Position numbers and translations under genes: made by a program. A stretch of DNA of 64,000 bases from Scyliorhinus canicula. Taxonomy: Eukaryota. Below the pieces are notes generated by a model. The model was not told where the DNA came from. It made no database searches and worked only from the letters and a program-made list of their open reading frames with translations. Where the stretch lies: assembly GCF_902713615.1 (NCBI RefSeq), contig NC_052156.1, positions 40,532,776 through 40,596,775 of the forward strand, in the 5' to 3' direction. Positions 37,600-51,601 of this stretch are shown here, in pieces (position 1 is the stretch's first letter; every line of letters begins with the position of its first letter).

Positions 37600-40500
37600 A
37601 AATACCCCCTTTGTTATATATTGCCTGTCGCCCATAATACCACCTGACTGTCCCACAATACATTCCGCCTGTCCTCCTGTAATACAACCAAACAGTTCCC
37701 TGGTAATAACACCCGATTGTCCTCTTGCGATATTCCCTGTTTACCACCTGTAATAAACCCCGCCTGTCCGTATTTCATAAGCACACCTACCCCATAATAG
37801 CCATTTTCTGCTCCCAGTAATACCCCACCTGTTACCCTGTAATCCACCTGACGGTCCTCCTGTTCCCCTATAATCCACTTGACGATCCTGGTGTGACACA
37901 TCCTGTTTCCTACCTGTAAACCTGGTCTGTTTCCAATTAATATATGCACGTGCCCCATAATAGCCCCCGTATAGTCATCGCCTGACCCCTTGTAATAGTC
38001 ACCGACTGACCCCTTGTAATACTTACCGCCCGACCCCTTGTATTTGTCACTGCCCAACCCGCTGTAACAGTCACCGCTCGAACCTTGTAATAGTCACCAC
38101 CCATCCCTAGCAATAGTCACTGCCCGACCCCTTGTAATAGTCACCGTCCGTCCCCTTGTAATAGTCACCACCCATCCTCTAGCAATAGTCACTGCCCGAC
38201 CCCTTGTAATAGTCACCGTCCGTCCCCTTGTAATAGTCACTGCCTGGCCCCTTGTAATAGTCACCGTCCATCCCCCTGTAATAGTCACCGCCCGTCCCCT
38301 TTAATAGTCATCGTCCGTCCCCTTGTAATAGTCACCGTCCATCCCCTTTAATAGTCACCGTCCGTCCCCTTGTAATAGTCACTGCCCGACCCCCTGTAAC
38401 AGTCACCGTCCATACCCTGTAATAGTCACCTCCTGTCCCCTTTAATAGTCACCGTCCGTCCCCCTGTAACAGTCACCGTCCATCCCCTTTAATAGTCACC
38501 GTCCGTCCCCCTGTAACAGTCACCGCCCGTCCCCTGTAATAGTCATCGTCCATCCCCTTTAATAGTCATCGTCCGTCCCCTTGTAATAGTCACCACCCAT
38601 CCTCTAGCAATAGTCACTGCCCGACCCCTTGTAATAGTCACCGCCCATCCCCTTGTAATAGTCACTGCCTGGCCCCTTGTAATAGTCACCGTCCATCCCC
38701 TTTAATAGTCACCGTCCGTCCCCCTGTAATAGTCACCGCCCGACCCCCTGTAACAGTCACCGCCCATCCCCTTTAATAGTCACCGCCCGTCCCCTGTAAC
38801 AGTCACTGCCCGTCCCCTGTAACAGTCACCGCCCGTCCCCTGTAACAGTCACCGCCCGTCCCCTGTAATAGTCACCGTCCGTCCCCCTGTAATAGTCACC
38901 GCCCGTCCCCTGTAACAGTCACCGCCCGTCCCCTGTAATAGTCACCGTCCATCCCCTGTAATAGTCACCTCCTGTCCCCTTGTAATAGTCACCTCCTGTC
39001 CCCTTGTAATAGTCACCGCCGACCCCTTGTAATAGTCACCGTCCGTCCCCTTGTAATAGTCACCGTCCGTCCCCTTGTAATAGTCACCTCCTGTCCCCTT
39101 GTAATAGTCACCACCGACCCCTTGTAATAGTCACCGTCCGTCCCCTTGTAATAGTCACCGTCCGTCCCCTTGTAATAGTCACCGTCCGTCCCCTTGTAAT
39201 AGTCACCGTCCGTCCCCTTGTAATAGTCACCGTCCGTCCCCTTGTAATAGTCACCTCCTGTCCCCTTGTAATAGTCACCACCGACCCCTTGTAATAGTCA
39301 CCGTCCGTCCCCTTGTAATAGTCACCGTCCGTCCCCTTGTAATAGTCACCGTCCGTCCCCTTGTAATAGTCACCGTCCGTCCCCTTGTAATAGTCACCGT
39401 CCGTCCCCTTGTAATAGTCACCGTCCGTCCCCTTGTAATAGTCACCGTCCATCCCCTTGTAATAGTCACCTCCTGTCCCCTTGTAATAGTCACCTCCTGT
39501 CCCCTGTAATAGTCACCGTCCGTCCCCTGTAATAGTCACCGTCCGTCCCCTTGTAATAGTCACCGTCCATCCCCTGTAATAGTCACCGTCCATTCCCTGT
39601 AATAGTCACCGTCCATCCCCTTGTAATAGTCACCTCCTGTCCCCTTGTAATAGTCACCTCCTGTCCCCTGTAATAGTCACCTTCCATCCCCTGTAATAGT
39701 CCCCGTCCGTCTCCTTGTAATAGTCACCGCCCGACCCCTTGTAATAGTCACCACCCACCCCCTTGTAATATTCACCGCACGCCATGTTGTAATATTCACC
39801 GCACGCCCCCTTGTAATAGTCACCACCCACCCCCTTGTAATATTCACCGCATGCCCCCTTGCAATAGTCGCCGCCTGACACCTTGTAATAGTCACTGCCT
39901 CTCCCCTTGTAATAGTCACTGCCCTCCCCCCCCCCCGGTAATAGTCACCGCCTGTCCCCTGTAATAGTCCCCGTCCTTCCCCCCCTTTAATAGTCACCAA
40001 CTGTCCTCTTTTAATAGTCACCATCCGACCCCTTGTGATAGACATGCCTGTCCCCTCTGTCATAGTCACCACCTGCCCCCCTGTCATAGTCACTGCCTGT
40101 CCTCCCTGTCATAGTCACTGCCCAACCACTTGTAATAACCACCGATTAACCCCGTGTAATAGCCACCACGCGTCTCCTTGTAATAGTCACCACGCGGCTC
40201 CTTGTAATAGTCACCACGCGTTTGTCTCTAATTATCACCGACTATCCACTTGTAATAGTCATCATGCGTCTTCTTGTAATAGTCACTGCCCATCCCCCTG
40301 TTATAGTCAACGCTCGTCCCATGTCATCGTCACTGACCGTCCTCTTGTAATAATCACCACCTGTCCCCTTGTAATATTCACCGCCCAACTCCTTGTAATT
40401 GTCACCTGAGGCACTCTCAATTACGACGCGAAAGCGAGGTCAGTAATCAAAGGCTTTAATAAACAGAGAACAGGGCAGCATCCAAGAGAAGTGTGCTCGC

Positions 40501-40650
40501 AAAATGGAGTCTCATCTTAAATACTGTTTCCAGGGGGCGTAGCCAGAGGCGGAGTCCCCAGGGTTCCAAGCCTCTTAAAGGGGCAAAGTATTAAAGGTAA
40601 ATAACAATCATCATATCACCACGCGTCTCTTTGTAATAGTCACCACCCGT
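37600..40650. repeat. 24-bp minisatellite (TCCCCTTGTAATAGTCACCGTCCG)n, about 100 or more units, degenerate at both edges
   Basis: Directly visible tandem array. Near-perfect core at about 39020-39480, with 23-bp variants interspersed. Confidence 0.97.
40407..40621 (-). mobile_element. Probable short solo LTR inserted in the minisatellite edge
   Basis: Non-repeat insert with TG..CA ends. Minus strand has GC boxes, TATTTAA and ATTAAA in LTR order. TSD unclear. Confidence 0.5.
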
Positions 40651-42249
40651 GGTGGAGGGATAGAATAGGGCAGCACAACAATTCTCCACAGGGTTATTCA
40701 CAGAAAAATCCAGTTAGCTCCACTGTCCATGTTCCTCCCCATATTCCTGCAGTTTCTTCTTGGTGAAGTGTGCAATCAATTCCCTCTTGAAGGCTACTAT
40801 TGAATCCACTTTTTGTCCTCCTGTTTAACAAATTTGTTTGCCCCTTTCTACACTTACAAAGGGTCTGTGTTAACAAAATGGTGGTGGGCGAGAGGGGTGG
40901 TGGTGGAAGAGGAGCAACGGACTGTCACAACCTCAGTGATTCCCCAAAGCCAGAAGGATTTTTTTGGAAAGCATATTTGGAAAACCTTTTTATTTGTAGT
41001 GGATCTCATTCTCAGAAGTCTTGAAATCTGGCTTTCAGAGTAAACCAAAAGGCTTATTATAGGATTCAATAGGTACCTTGTGCAATGAGCATGGTGTTAT
41101 ATAATGCTTTATTCTTATTGAGCACGCTGGAAGCTGTGGCAGTTCCCTTTAATTGTCCCTATATATTAATATGGAAACAACTTCAAAGCATTGATGTATA
41201 TCAGCCAAGTAACTGCACTGAGCAAGTCTGTTCTCCGTCAGTGCTGCTGGTGTCTGACTCTTCACTGAAGGATTGAGGGAACAGAGCCTGCTCTACATTG
41301 CTGCCAGGCACAATATTATATATATGTTCATTTATAAGTTCTACATTATGTGCTGCCGTGCTTTCAAGACTTGAATAGAGTTAACTGATTACTAGTAATC
41401 ACTCTTCTTCACTAGTCCTAGTGCCTCAATTCTATAAGGAATTCTATTTATAGCTGTTGAAGTACGGGGAAGGACTTGCATTCATAAGAGGACAGTTAAG
41501 CTTTCAAATTTTACTTATTAGCAAGAATATCCCTCTCAGAATTTGGCCTGCCACCGTTTGCCAAGTCTAAACTGTTACGTACCATTTACAGCTTAATTTC
41601 TCCTTTATTCTAGCCTGTTTCTGATGCTGGTCAGAACATAAACACAGCTCAAACATTGTAGTCTGGCCAAAACACCAGCAACTCTCTTAGTTCTGCTCCA
41701 GTCCTGTTATTACAGGGGGAGTGATTGTTTGATCATTCCAATGTTGCAATGGGGATTATGACATGAAAAAAAATCCTCATCAAATTTCCCATCAGCCATG
41801 GTTTTCAGCTGAACTGTGTCTAAAACCAAGCTGTTTATGTGTTTACCCAATATTGCCAAATGGGATTAAATGTTCCACTAGAAGGTGGCCTTCAGAATAT
41901 CAATATTATTAATATGGTTGAGTGATTTTTGAAATCTCCCATTCAGCATTCTTTCCACCTTTGGATTTTTGGTATTTTGAGTGTCACAGCATAGATTACG
42001 TATGACCATGTTGGCAAAATGAATGTAATTAAAGACAATATTTGGAACTTTTATATGGTTAATAAAAGTGATTTATTATAGATGAATGCTTCTGAAAACG
42101 GCTTTAAACTTGGTCATCTCGGTAACACTAATTGTCTGCTTATTTTCTTTGCAACTGCCTGCAGTGATTCGGTTACAGTTTATGATTCAGAAGGAATCAA
42201 CCATGTAGCAGAAGGTGGTGTGTTATGATTTTTGGAAACGGAATGCCCA

Positions 42250-44409
42250 GGCTGTGCGTCCAATGGTCATGCTGCGCCCGAAAAGTAGCTTGCCGCAGCA
42301 CAGCGTGGCCGATTACAACTGGGAGCTTCCGGGATCTATCTGGCTCGCAACACCTCACGAGATCTGATGTAATCTCGCGAGTTGTTGCGGTGTGAATCCT
42401 GCCCACATCTCATATTAAAGCGAGACAGCTAGTTTCACTTTTAAGTGCAGAGTCCTGAGTTACCTGTGGCATTGGATCAATCTCCTTTGCCTCAGTGATC
42501 TCAGGCGAGCGCGTTCAGCACTTGTGTGCAGCTGCATCAAGCTGTGCGTGGACCCCCGGTATGCAAACACCAAGTGTCACTACATACTGAGGTTCTACCT
42601 GTCCCTGGTGTTACGAAGGTTGGGCCTGGCCTCATTGTCGCGGAACGCTCCAAGTAGTTGGACTGTGCCGTACCACTGTCCTTTGACCACAAGGCAATGA
42701 AGCAGTGGTCAGCACGTAATGTCCTTGAGGCCCTCAGGGAAAAGGAGACTGTGGAGGACATTGGATGGTTCCCTGAGCAAACTGTCAGCCATCTGGCAGA
42801 ACGCCTCATCACCAGAACTTACAAACAAGCACCAAGACCTAGCTTGGCTGGTGGTGAGAAGGGCCCTCCCCATCAGAGTCTTCATGTACACCCAAAGGCT
42901 CAGCACCGTTGCACGCTGCCCTCGGAGTGACTGTGGGGGAAATGAGATGGTCACCCACCTCCTTGTGGAATGTGCCTTTGCAAAGAAGGTCTGGAGAAAG
43001 ATGCAGTGGTATTTGTCAAGGTTCACCCCGAGCAGCTCGGTGACACAGAACTCTGTGCTCTACGGACTGTTTCCAGGGACAGACACCGAGACAAACATCA
43101 ACTACTGCTGGAAGGTCATCAACTCGGTGAAAGACGCTCTTTGGTCTGCCCGAAACTTGCTGATCTTCCAGTGCAAAGAATTGTCCTCGACCGAGTGTTG
43201 CAGACTGGCACATTCCAAGGTCCAGGACTACATGCTGAGAGAAGCACTCAAGCTTGGGGCAGCTGCCGCCAAGGCGCAATGGGGAAAGACCACTGTGTGA
43301 GGTCTTCCAACAAATGTACACCGAGGGGTGGGTAACAGTGTAAAACCCCTCGGGATAGGTCATCAACACTCCAATGTATAAAAGAAACATGACAATGTAA
43401 ATATTTAAGAAAGAATTGTAATGCAAAGAAGGATATGTGTGTAATGTCATCCCAATTGAATGGAATAAAGTCAAGGGAATATGTAATCTTGATGGAAATG
43501 TACAGTCAAGACAATTAGGAATGCTCTGCAATGTTTATTAGAAAATTTATGAATAAAGTATATTTTTTGAAAAAAAAACTTGTCTCCAGAAATGGGGACA
43601 AATGGGAACAATGCTTGTGGGGATTTCCCAGTGGATTGGAGGCCCTCATGTGCATTCCCTTTGGGCAGGGTGGTACTCGGGCACTCGCTGTATTGTCCGG
43701 GGGCCTGGGAACTAATGGCCGTGCCTGGGAGGCCTCACCAGGACACCGTTTAGTAATGGTCTAATAAATGTGGGCCAGGCATAACTGCACCTGGGTGGTC
43801 TATCAGGTCTTTGGAGATCCCTAGATAGTCTGGGACAGGGTGGTATCCTGACACTCCCTTTGGCACCCAGGCACCTTAGCACTGACAGGGTGCCTGGGTG
43901 GCACTGCCAAGGGTCTGGGCCTGATTGGGCCATGCCTGAGAAAGGAGGTGTGAAGGGTTGGGGGGGTGAAGGTGGTTTTAAATGGGCCTAATAAATGTTG
44001 GGGGAGGTGAAGGGTGGGGTCCTGAAATGGGGGATCCATAAGTGGTGTGGGGAAGCCTGAATAGGGAGGAGGCCCTCAACGACCCCATAGCGGGGCATCC
44101 TCACCTGGGGGGTGGGGGGGGGGGGGGCTAATGCCCATGTGTGTGGGGTGTAATATTGCCTGTGGGTGTGAGACCCAAAGGCTCACTGAGAGATTAGGGC
44201 ATTCAAAATGGCTCCTCGATCTCAAGGAGCCGGTCTCACCAATGATTTCAGGTCCACAGTGTTGAAAACATTTCTCGGGCAGAAACTCCCCAAGGCCCCA
44301 AAAAAGATTAAGTGTGGTTGAATAGCAGTGTGGACCTCACCCAAAAAGACAGCAAAACACCAAAAACGCCCAAAATGACACTTAGAATTTTTTTGGTTGA
44401 ATCGCGTCC
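42250..44409. mobile_element. Harbinger-type non-autonomous element split by a Tx1 LINE
   Basis: Ends GGCTGTGCGTCCAA / TTGAATCGCGTCC. Family similarity to 16062-16802. Confidence 0.6.
42526..43577 (+). mobile_element. Tx1-clade (L1-like) LINE, 5'-truncated 3' end
   Basis: LTNKHQDLAWLVVRRALP, zinc knuckle CPRSDCGGNEMVTHLLVEC, stop at 43300, AATAAA plus poly(A), TSD ACTTGT. Confidence 0.88.
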
Positions 44410-47389
44410 TCTATCTTAAATAGTCAGTTACATTACAGATATACAGTTACTTGAATTCTAAACCAAACTTCCTCATTCAAATTTCCTTCTGCACCCATTT
44501 GATTGCACCTCTAAAACTCAAATCAGGTACATATCAGAAATTGGAAGATCAATTAGTCTGAGTACTGTTTCAAAGATTCAGAAATGGGATGAAATTTCCA
44601 GGGCCTTCAGGCTTCTTCCAGTAATGTTATCCCTTTACATCTCCTCCAACTGTCCCATTGTTGTAGACTCCCATTCAACTCAAGCATCGCTAGCATATTA
44701 AGCATAATCATCCAGGTCAGAGCTTTCCTGGTTCTAATATTCTTAAAATCTAGAATCTTCTGTTTATGAACTCCCTCTCTTTTTAGCTTGGCAATGCTAG
44801 AGGTCCATCTTACAGTTAGCAGAGGCCTTTAATTAACTATATTTTTAACACACTTTTGGCCAACTCACAGAATTTCAACTGAATCCCGCTTACAGGTGTC
44901 AGAAGGTGAACATTCATTTATCACCGGAGACTGAATAACGTTTGACGGGGACCCGACTTGCTCCACTCCAACCTGCTCCGTTGTCATAAAGCGCTGATCT
45001 GATTGGCCCCAGCTCCTACAATCAGGCGCCCAACCTATTTTAAGTGCATTCCTCCCCCCACCCCCATGGGAAACATGTCTGCCAGGAGCTCGTAAAATTC
45101 AGCCCGATCATTGAAGAAGTCTGATTTACAGTTTAAGATCTTCCCAAACGTATTACAAGAAGTCAGTTTCTCAATGAGATTAGCATGTCCAACCTTGTCA
45201 AAATAAGAGTCCAGAAATCTTGAGGGTTAATGGTCTAAATTTGTGTTGTTGATTAAAGGAATCATTCTATTGTGAGCCATGAGATCAACAATGCTACATT
45301 TGAAGCCAAGTTAGTGATTATATTCCACCAGTCAAATGCAACACCAAAAGGACACTCTTCTCCCATGTTAAGCAAAGAGAATCCTCTTCCCATGGTAGAC
45401 TACCAAGGATCAGACACATACTCGATAAGAAGCAGGACACCTTTGACACTAATATAACAGCACTGCTAGGAAGGGGGTTTCTTTTCTACCATTATTACAG
45501 CGCAAGCTTTTTTTCAATTTAGTTATTTCTCTAAGAAAAAAGAATACTTTCTTGCTCTAGAACCAAATGTGGTGGGGTCTATCTTCCAGCCTCAGAATGT
45601 TCCTGGTGATCAATCTTCTTTCTCAGGAGGTCCATCGTCCCACCTCGCAGTGCTCCCAGAGACACATCTTCATTTTCCGGAGGTCCACCTTCTTTCTTCA
45701 AGAGTGGGTCAGTGATATTGTGAGTCTTTTCAATACGGCACCCAGATAAATTGGCAGACTGTGTATCATCAGGCCTGCCCTGCTATGGAGTATGACACAA
45801 AACACCAGTTGCATAATTAATGGGGTCGGGGCCAGAAAATGTGGCATGTTTTCCTGCTGGCCTCTGCTGTGGGAAACACTCCACGTTCCTGTCGCTGCCA
45901 CAAGACAGTCCCAGGATGGGAGAAGTCCACTCTAAACCTCACACAACTTCCACGGGGACAATGATGAAGTTCATGTTTAGCTCTGCTTACAGTGCAGGCC
46001 AGTTTAACTATCAATTATTTCAGCTATATCTTGGAGAGCTGTAAACCACATGAGGTCCAAACTGCACAAAAAACCTCTCCTAGAGAAGACCCAGATAAAT
46101 TCCAGGCTATCCTCAAACTGGCCTTTTGGTCAATTATGCCTAATTCTTTAATTTATTTTTTAATCTGATGAAAAAATTGTAATTTTTAACCTTTCAGATT
46201 TTACTGAATAGATTTAAAATTAATTTAGCTCTAATACACCAAGCAAAAACAGTGTTATAAGCAGTGTAGTCATCGCGTCTAGAGCTAAGTTTTATGATCT
46301 TACCTATTTAGCTGTTAACCTCTTAAAGCAACATGACCCCACACGTTTAAGTGCAATAGACTGCAAGCTGCTTTAATCATATTTATCGTATTTCCTACAG
46401 TTAAACTTTAATTTATAAAACTAAAAATTATATACTAAAACTATGGTCTAGAAATCTGCAACGAAGGGCAACAGGCATGACTGGAATAAAAACTGCATAG
46501 GAGAAAATAACACATATTTAACACTGCGTTTTCAACATAATCTGTAATCGCATACAAAGTGTGTAGTTCACAGAGATGGGCGTTGCATAAAATAAGAAAA
46601 ACTATAATTCTGTAACTAATTCTAGAAAATCACACTCTATAAATACTAGCTGTTAATTGAGACCTATCTGCGCTTTGCCACTGCTATTCTCAATTCTTAG
46701 TGTGAGAATACTGCATTAACTGCTTATTAAAAAACAACTTGTGCTATCAGCCAAAAGGGGAACATCTCAAAATGACATGTTTTTTCATGAGAACAATGGA
46801 AGTACTAATTCTACATGGGAATAAAAATATACAGCAGATGATTGCAGGGTATGAAATCTGGACTGACAAAACTAGAGCATTGCATGTGTTTTTATCATTT
46901 CACTTCAGATATTCAAAATTGGGTGTGAAGGGCAAATGGTATTTTGTGGAATTTAAATAACAATGAATTCTTTCAATACGGTGAATAGGATTGATACTAA
47001 AAGGGTTCAGTTTATTTTTCCCAATTCTAGTTTTGCATCAATCCAGCCCCACCTGCTGAAATCCTTTGCAGAATCTGTAATCCTACAGAAACTGCCAAAA
47101 TCCTATGTCAGACAACAGAATATTCTTTTCATAAGAAGCTGAATGCAGCTGATTTTCCATGGCCTTTCTCAAAGTCTTGTTGGTTACATTGAGTGAAGGT
47201 TGTGTCTTTTGTTGAGCACAGGCTACCACTGACCTTTCGGCCACTTGGACCTGTTTTATTGAAACAGAACAGCCATTCCATTTAAAAAACAAATGAATTG
47301 CTTTCCATCTTGCTGAGGTTGTGAGCAAATGGCAGGTTCAAGTGAGCTTCGCTGGGCATCTCCAAAGAAAGAAAGAATGACACTGATGC

Positions 47390-47592
47390 TGAGCATTGCT
47401 GCCTCACGGCGCCGAGGTCCCAGGTTCAACCCGGCTCTGGGTCACTGTCTGTGGAGTTTTCACATTCTCACCGTGTCTGCATGGGTCTCGTCCCACAAAA
47501 CAAAGATGTGCAGGTTAGGTGGATTGGCCATGCTAAATTGCCCCTTAATTGGAAAAAATGAATTGGGTACTCTAAATTTATTTTCAAAAAAG
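47390..47592 (+). mobile_element. HE1/V-SINE, short-tail type
   Basis: SINE consensus, TSD ATGACACTGATGC. Confidence 0.88.
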
Positions 47593-47709
47593 GATGACAC
47601 TGATGCAATTATGTTAATCTTTTTGACCATGCATTCTGTCTTACTCTAAATGTCGCTTTATACTTTTAAAAAGCTTATGTACTCTGACATTTTTAGTCCT
47701 CTGATCTGC

Positions 47710-48900
47710 AGGACAGGGCAGAGTTTCCACCTGCGCTAATGGCTCTGGTACGGGCCCCACCAGAAAGTAGAGGCTCAAAAGATTAGAGTATTTCTGGGAA
47801 CAAACAAGTCCTGGGTTCACAGGAAACTGGTGAGATGTGGCTGGGTGAACCTGTGGGGAAACATTTTTGAGGACACATCAGCACTATTTAAAACTGCTTA
47901 AACCAGAACTAATTAGAGGAAGATAGTTATGCTCTCTCTTTCCAGTGCAGTAGGCTTATTGGCCTCACAAGGTCAGCAAAGGTAAGTTTGATGGCAGCAA
48001 ACTGTCATTTATCTGTATTTAAAACATTACAGACTACAGACCAATATTATCCCTAAAATGTAGCAACAGATTTAATGGTTAAAGCGTAGGGAGAAAATGG
48101 AAAGTGTATGCTTCTATGTCATATCATCAAAGAATCAATAAAAAGTATGCATTTCCTTGGATGAGAAGTGAAAGGCGTTCTCCCAAAGTTGTCAAATATA
48201 CTAATGTGTCACTCACTCTGTTCCCTTAGGTATAGAAAAAGGAAGGACATAGATATTTGTCCATTAACAGAGCAGGAGGAGGAGGCAATTGACATTCAGG
48301 ATCCCACTCAGCTGGCACTGGGTGCTGCATAATGTACAAGGAAGCCAGAGGAAGAGGCCATGGAAGCAGACAAAGGAATTCCTGAAAGAAAGTAAGGAAA
48401 TGCTAGCAGCTGGCTGAAGAGCTTCGAGATGATGATCGTAGAAACCCTGCCACGTGAAGCCGCAGCATCAAGGTCACTTGAAGGACAAGCAAGGTTCTCT
48501 GAAAAACTGCATTACCTGGCATACTTTGTCGGAATATCAGAGTGAACTTTTAAATGGTGCAGAGTAGACTTTTCAATGGTGCAGAGTGGCCAACAATGTG
48601 AGTGGTAATGCAGGAATTTTTGCTTACATGGATACAGCAGAAAGGTCTCGAGGCAAATCATCACCTCAATGCGCAAGATTTGACTGGTGGCATTTAGAGC
48701 TCAAGTGGTAAAATGAAAATCTATGGATTCAAGGTCTCCATGACACAATTTTGGAAGTTGCAGGATATTCAGCATACCTACCCCCAGGGATTAAGAAATA
48801 TTCATAATTCCATGAGGTCTTTTTCCCTGCAGGACAGTGGCAATCAATATCCATCTCTCATAACTAGTGGGAGAGCAAAAGATGGTTCTGAGAATCCAGG
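47710..48900 (+). pseudogene. Possible very old Harbinger Myb/SANT-like gene relic
   Basis: QC..LTRSAK followed by a GTAAGT donor (about 47945-47987), then an acceptor at about 48229 and PLTEQEEEAIDI, echoing the exon layout of the other relics. Confidence 0.35.
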
Positions 48901-50704
48901 CATTCCTCAGCACATAAGCACCAAGGTGTACTTTATTCAGTTCTTTCAGAGGTTTCTAGAGATGGAAGAAAGCCTGCAGATCAAGGGTGTGGAAAGATCA
49001 CACTTGGAAAATAAATATATTGAAGGTCCTTCCTCAGACTCTGCAGCCCTTAGAAAATAACCACATTCATATAAAGAGGTTCATGGATAGATATAGCAGT
49101 CATCCTCTTTTCAAAGCACAGGCATCAGATGAAATCAGGTTAAAGGGTTAAATGGGACTGAGGAAAGGGCAAAAGTCATAAAGGTGGAATTTAAGGCGAA
49201 GTGTAAATTGAGTGTAACAAATGGCAGAACCGCTCTTCCCAGAATTACATGTTCCCCACCTACTCAACAATTCCACCTCCCTGTTTAAACTGTTTCTGAA
49301 ATTATGCAGAATGACAAATTGTACATTAAACCTACGACACCGGTTTCTCCATCACAAATAAAAAAAAGGCAACACTGGTAGGGAAAGATCAGTGCTACCC
49401 TGCTTAGCATTAATCTAAAACTTTACATACCTATTTGGCATATTGTTAATTGCAAGCACACAGAGCAATTGTACACAGAACAATGCCAAATAAGGCATGG
49501 TTTTGCATACGCTTAGGAAATACTGGTTCACTTTGGACATTGTGACCTGTGAGTTTTAGTAGCCGAACTATTGGAGTTTCCAATAGTTTCTCAGCTGTGC
49601 AAAGTGCGGGGTCAAGTTTGCATTCTGATCAAAGATTCAAGGCTGCCCCATGGTTGTGAACCCTATCGAAATTTACTGAAGGCCAACAATTATGTCACAA
49701 TGCTCCTCCTCCTTTATGCTGATCTATGTAAAGGAGCATTTTCCAGGAAATGCACACTGCTAGATATAGGTTACATTATATGTGTTGCTTTCTTTTTCTT
49801 GACCTAGTTTTACATTTTTAATTTAAGCCATTCAAAGCCATGAACGTTTATTTCTCAGTCCTGGTCTTGTTGAAATGTTAACATTCAGAGCACAGCAACA
49901 ATTGAAAATCGCTTAAAAATAATCCCATTTTCAAGTTTCATTTTCTCAAAACTCTGAAGTCATCCACGATGAATTTATTTTATATTTTGATTACAAAAAA
50001 ACAACACTGCAACAAAGAATAAAACTAGGACTGGACTTTGCTTTGAATTTTTCTTTGGAGAGTTGAATTGAGAGCGGGGAAGCCAAAATGGAGACTGTTT
50101 TTAGCAGACTCAATTCTGTAAAGCCCATTTCCCTCTGATAGACAATATTTTGTGACATTTATCTCAAACTCCCATCATTTTCCACTGCAATAACAACCTG
50201 GGAGTTTCATTTTCTCTCATAGCTTGTTTGCATAAAATACCTTTCTTTGCATTTTTGACCAGTTGTTTTACAAAAAAAGTTAATAATTGGAGGTAAATAG
50301 CACATAAAATAATGTTATATAAACAGTGCACGCCAGAAGTAATTACATTTAGAGTTTTAATCAGGCCTTTTAATCTATAATTGGTCTCATTTACCCACAT
50401 TTTCTTGCACTTATCCTGTTACTTGATGCAAAGTGGTTTTGGGTGTGCATCAACACAAGGTGACAATATAGCTGAAAAGTATGAAAGCTGTGGTCTCGAG
50501 TTTCCTCCTCTCTGCTCCTCCTGGCCCAACAAAGAAAATAAAACTTTGTTTCTGATCATCTTCTGACAGGCCTTCGTTGACTGAAAGTCACAGAGGTTTT
50601 CTATTAGGGCCAGAGTCAGAGTTGCAGTCAGGGCCTGATGATCTAGTTGGATTCTGACCAGTAACATTAGAGAAGGTTGCCATGGGCTTTGAGCACACCT
50701 ACGC

Positions 50705-51058
50705 AGATCATAGATCATAGAATTTACAGCGCAGAAGGAGGCCATTCGGCCCATCGTGTCTGCACCGGCTCTTGGAAAGAGCACCCTACCCAAGGTTAAC
50801 ACCTCCACCCTATCCCCATAACCCAGTAACCCCACCCAACACTAAGGGCAATTTTGGACACTAAGGGCAATTTATCATGACCAATCCACCTAACCTGCAC
50901 ATCTTTGGACTGTGGGAGGAGACCAGAGCACCCGGAGGAAACCCATGCACACACGGGGAGGATGTGCAGACTCCGCACAGACAGTGACCCAAGCCGGAAT
51001 CGAACCTGGGACCCTGGAGCTGTGAAGCGATTGTGCTATCCACAATGCTACCGTGCTG
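50705..51058 (-). mobile_element. HE1/V-SINE, long CR1-like tail
   Basis: Full SINE with (GATCATA)n tail. Confidence 0.9.
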
Positions 51059-51249
51059 TTGGTAAAAGTTGGAAGTGGTGGGATCCAGCCCAGGCAGGAA
51101 ATCAACAGGATTTTACCGGCTTGCTCAATTTCTGCTGGTTTGAATAGGGTTAAATCGACATCTGCATTTTTGGTGTAAGTAAATCTCAGAGCAAAATTAG
51201 TTCAGGTGATTTGAATACCTTTTTACCGTTAAGAAAGCCTCTGGGTTAT

Positions 51250-51472
51250 AGGGCGGCACGGTGGCGCAGTGGTTAGTACTGCTGCCTCATGCCACTGAGG
51301 ACCCGGGTTCGATTCCGGCTCTAGGTCACTGTAGTGTGGAGTTTGCACATCGCCCCCCCAACCCCCGTGTCTGCGTGGGTCTCACCCCCACAACCCAAAG
51401 ATGTGCAGATTAGGTGGATTGGCCACGCTAAATTGGACAAAAAAGTGGGTACTCTAAATTTATAAAAAGAAA
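51250..51472 (+). mobile_element. HE1/V-SINE, short-tail type
   Basis: SINE consensus with flanking CTCTGGGTT duplication. Confidence 0.88.
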
Positions 51473-51601
51473 ATCTCTGGGTTTTAAATTTCTGGCAATA
51501 ATCTACTGCTTATTTATTCAATGTAGTCAAACACTATAATCTCTTTACCAGCAACAAGCACCCTTTCTGGTAAAGTCATGTAAATTGTTTTTTAAAACCA
51601 T

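Noticed and set aside
37960-40400. CRISPR-like array
   Set aside because: Units are head-to-tail with no unique spacers, there are no cas genes, and the context is eukaryotic.
45560-46050. Exon-like GC-elevated patch with a short internal duplication (TCTTC..GGAGGTCCA twice)
   Set aside because: No frame gives a recognisable protein and the duplicated copies are out of frame.
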